Assembly (NCBI GenBank): GCA_050695815.1
Contig: JBOGSW010000136.1
Span: 1 to 48,680 of the forward strand
Direction: 5' to 3'
DNA length: 48,680 bases
From: Candidatus Limnocylindria bacterium
GTDB lineage: Bacteria > Chloroflexota > Limnocylindria > QHBO01
The notes beneath the pieces were generated by a model that saw only the letters and a list, made by a program, of their open reading frames with translations, was not told the origin of the DNA and ran no database searches. This document shows, in pieces, positions 47,225 to 48,680 of this stretch; the first letter of the stretch is position 1, and the number at the start of each line of letters is the position of its first letter. A program made the position numbers and the translations under genes.

Positions 47225-48345
47225 CCGAGGCCTCCGTCGCTCTGGTCGTCGACGACAGCCGCGTCAACCGGCTCGTCCTCGTTCGCCAGCTCGCCGGGCT
47301 CGGGCTGGAGGCGCTCGAGGCCGAGAACGGGGCGGAGGCCCTGAACCTTCTGCGCACGCATCCGGGCGTGATCGAGCTCGTTCTCCTCGACGTGGTCATG
47401 CCCGAGATGGATGGCTACGAGACACTCGCCGCCATGAAGGCCGACGAGGTGATCCGGCACATCGGGGTCATCATGGTGTCCGGCGTGGAGGAGCTCGATA
47501 GCGTCGTTCGCTGCATCGAGCTCGGCGCCACCGATTACCTGACCAAGCCGATCAACCCCCGCATCCTGGGCGCGCGCATCAACGCGTCCCTGACCGAGAA
47601 GCGGTTGCACGACCTCGAGCACGAGCACTTCGAGCAGCAACGCGCGCTCAACGAGACGATCGAGCGGCAGCGTGCTCAGCTGGCGCGCTTTTTGTCGCCC
47701 CAGGTAGCCAGCCTGATCTCGTCGCCCGAGGGGGAGCAGCTCCTGGCCGGGCATCGGCGCGAGATCACGGTCGCCTTCTGCGACCTGCGCGGCTTCACCT
47801 CATTCGCCGAGCAGGCTGACCCGGAGGAGATGCTCGGCGTCCTGGGCGAATATCACCGCATGATGGGGGAGGCGATCACCGAGCACGCCGGCACGCTGGA
47901 GCATTTCGCCGGTGATGGCGTGATGACGTTCTTCAACGACCCTGTTCCCCAGCCCGACCACGTGGAGCGCGCCGTTCGCATGGCTCTCGCCATGCGGGAG
48001 CGGTTCGCGCCGCTGGCGGCCGGCTGGCGCAAGCGCGGCTACGAGCTCGGCTTCGGGGCGGGCATCGCGACCGGCTACGCGACCCTGGGGCGCATCGGCT
48101 TCGAGGGCCGATACGATTACGGGGCCATCGGCAACGTGGTGATCCTGGCCTCGCGCCTATCCAGCCAGGCGGCAGCCGACCAGATTCTGCTGAGCCAACG
48201 TGCGCACGCCATGGTCGAGGGCATGGTGGATGTCGAATCCATCGGCGAACTGACGCTGAAGGGCATCAGCCGGCCGGTCGCCGCCAGCAACGTCCTGGCG
48301 GTTCGTGACCCGATGCCCGACACGGATGCGGTCGCTGCTGGCTAG
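47221..48345 (+). CDS. Response regulator receiver fused to a class III adenylate/guanylate cyclase domain
   Basis: REC has ALVVDDSRVNR, LLDVVMPEMDG (Asp 47389-91) and YLTKPI. A coiled-coil linker follows. The CHD has ITVAFCDLRGFTSFAE, FAGDGVMTFF and AIGNVVILASRL. Confidence 0.88.
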   Translation: MTEASVALVVDDSRVNRLVLVRQLAGLGLEALEAENGAEALNLLRTHPGVIELVLLDVVMPEMDGYETLAAMKADEVIRHIGVIMVSGVEELDSVVRCIELGATDYLTKPINPRILGARINASLTEKRLHDLEHEHFEQQRALNETIERQRAQLARFLSPQVASLISSPEGEQLLAGHRREITVAFCDLRGFTSFAEQADPEEMLGVLGEYHRMMGEAITEHAGTLEHFAGDGVMTFFNDPVPQPDHVERAVRMALAMRERFAPLAAGWRKRGYELGFGAGIATGYATLGRIGFEGRYDYGAIGNVVILASRLSSQAAADQILLSQRAHAMVEGMVDVESIGELTLKGISRPVAASNVLAVRDPMPDTDAVAAG

Positions 48346-48354
48346 AGTTGTCCG

Positions 48355-48680
48355 ATGGACATGAAACTCGAACTCGTGGCGGTGCCGGTCAGCGACGTCG
48401 ACCGTGCCAAGGCCTTCTACGTCGACCAGGTCGGCTTCATCGCCGATCATGATCAGCAGGTGAGCGACGAGCTGCGCTTCGTCCAGCTCACGCCGCCCGG
48501 ATCGGCGTGCTCGATCGTGATGGGCACCGGCATCACCGACATGCCGCCGGGCTCCCAGAAGGGCCTGCAGGTCGTGGTCGACGATGCGGCCGGGCTCCGA
48601 GACGAGCTCCGCGGCCGCGGCGTGGAAACCAGCGACGTCGACAAGCAGGCGTGGGGCTGGTTCATCTACTTCAGCGACCC
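48355..48680 (+). CDS. VOC-family (glyoxalase/bleomycin-resistance-like) protein, 3' end outside the window
   Basis: MDMKLELVAVPVSDVDRAKAFYVDQVGF...FVQLTPPGSACSI. The frame stays open to the window end, so the ORF is not in the supplied track. Confidence 0.7.
   Translation, partial: MDMKLELVAVPVSDVDRAKAFYVDQVGFIADHDQQVSDELRFVQLTPPGSACSIVMGTGITDMPPGSQKGLQVVVDDAAGLRDELRGRGVETSDVDKQAWGWFIYFSD

Overview
This is a very GC-rich bacterial chromosomal segment, with third codon positions almost uniformly G/C. I count 45 protein genes recognisable by eye, and all but one lie on the + strand. I found no rRNA, tRNA, CRISPR array, transposase or integrase.

Layout:
- Bases 1-28.4 kb hold a conserved translation and RNA-metabolism supercluster. 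It runs smc (5' partial)-ftsY-ffh-DUF3352-like-rpsP-KH-rimM-trmD-rplS-rnhB-yraN, then a lone antisense LysM/lytic transglycosylase. It continues rpsB-tsf-pyrH-frr-uppS-cdsA-dxr-rseP, nusA-ylxR-infB-rbfA-nrnA-truB-ribF, and rpsO-pnp.
- Bases 28.4-38 kb hold a family-4 UDG, RNase J, ftsK, a RodZ-like protein, yajQ, pncC, murC, a small membrane protein and a methyltransferase.
- Bases 38-48.7 kb look more accessory. They hold a large secreted M14 carboxypeptidase, a repeat-rich structured intergenic region, pirin, a soluble six-GAF hybrid histidine kinase, an Hpt protein, a receiver-class III nucleotide cyclase and a VOC-family fragment.

Gene order and the extended ribosomal protein tails suggest a Terrabacteria-type lineage (Actinomycetota/Chloroflexota-like). 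That is inference only.

Strongest leads:
1. The pnp gene encodes an 869-aa PNPase with a complete DEDDh (DnaQ/RNase T-like) exonuclease domain inserted between its two RNase PH cores.
2. The giant GAF kinase has no canonical start codon upstream of its first GAF helix. An in-frame TGA separates it from a coding-like 58-codon segment.
3. The kinase, Hpt and receiver-cyclase genes form a translationally coupled phosphorelay that appears to end in cyclic-nucleotide synthesis.
4. The syntenic RNase HII has lost the catalytic Glu and the GRG motif.
5. A nusA leader carries an intrinsic-terminator-like hairpin, and rimP is absent.

All calls rest on reading motifs in the supplied translations and DNA. 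No database search was run.
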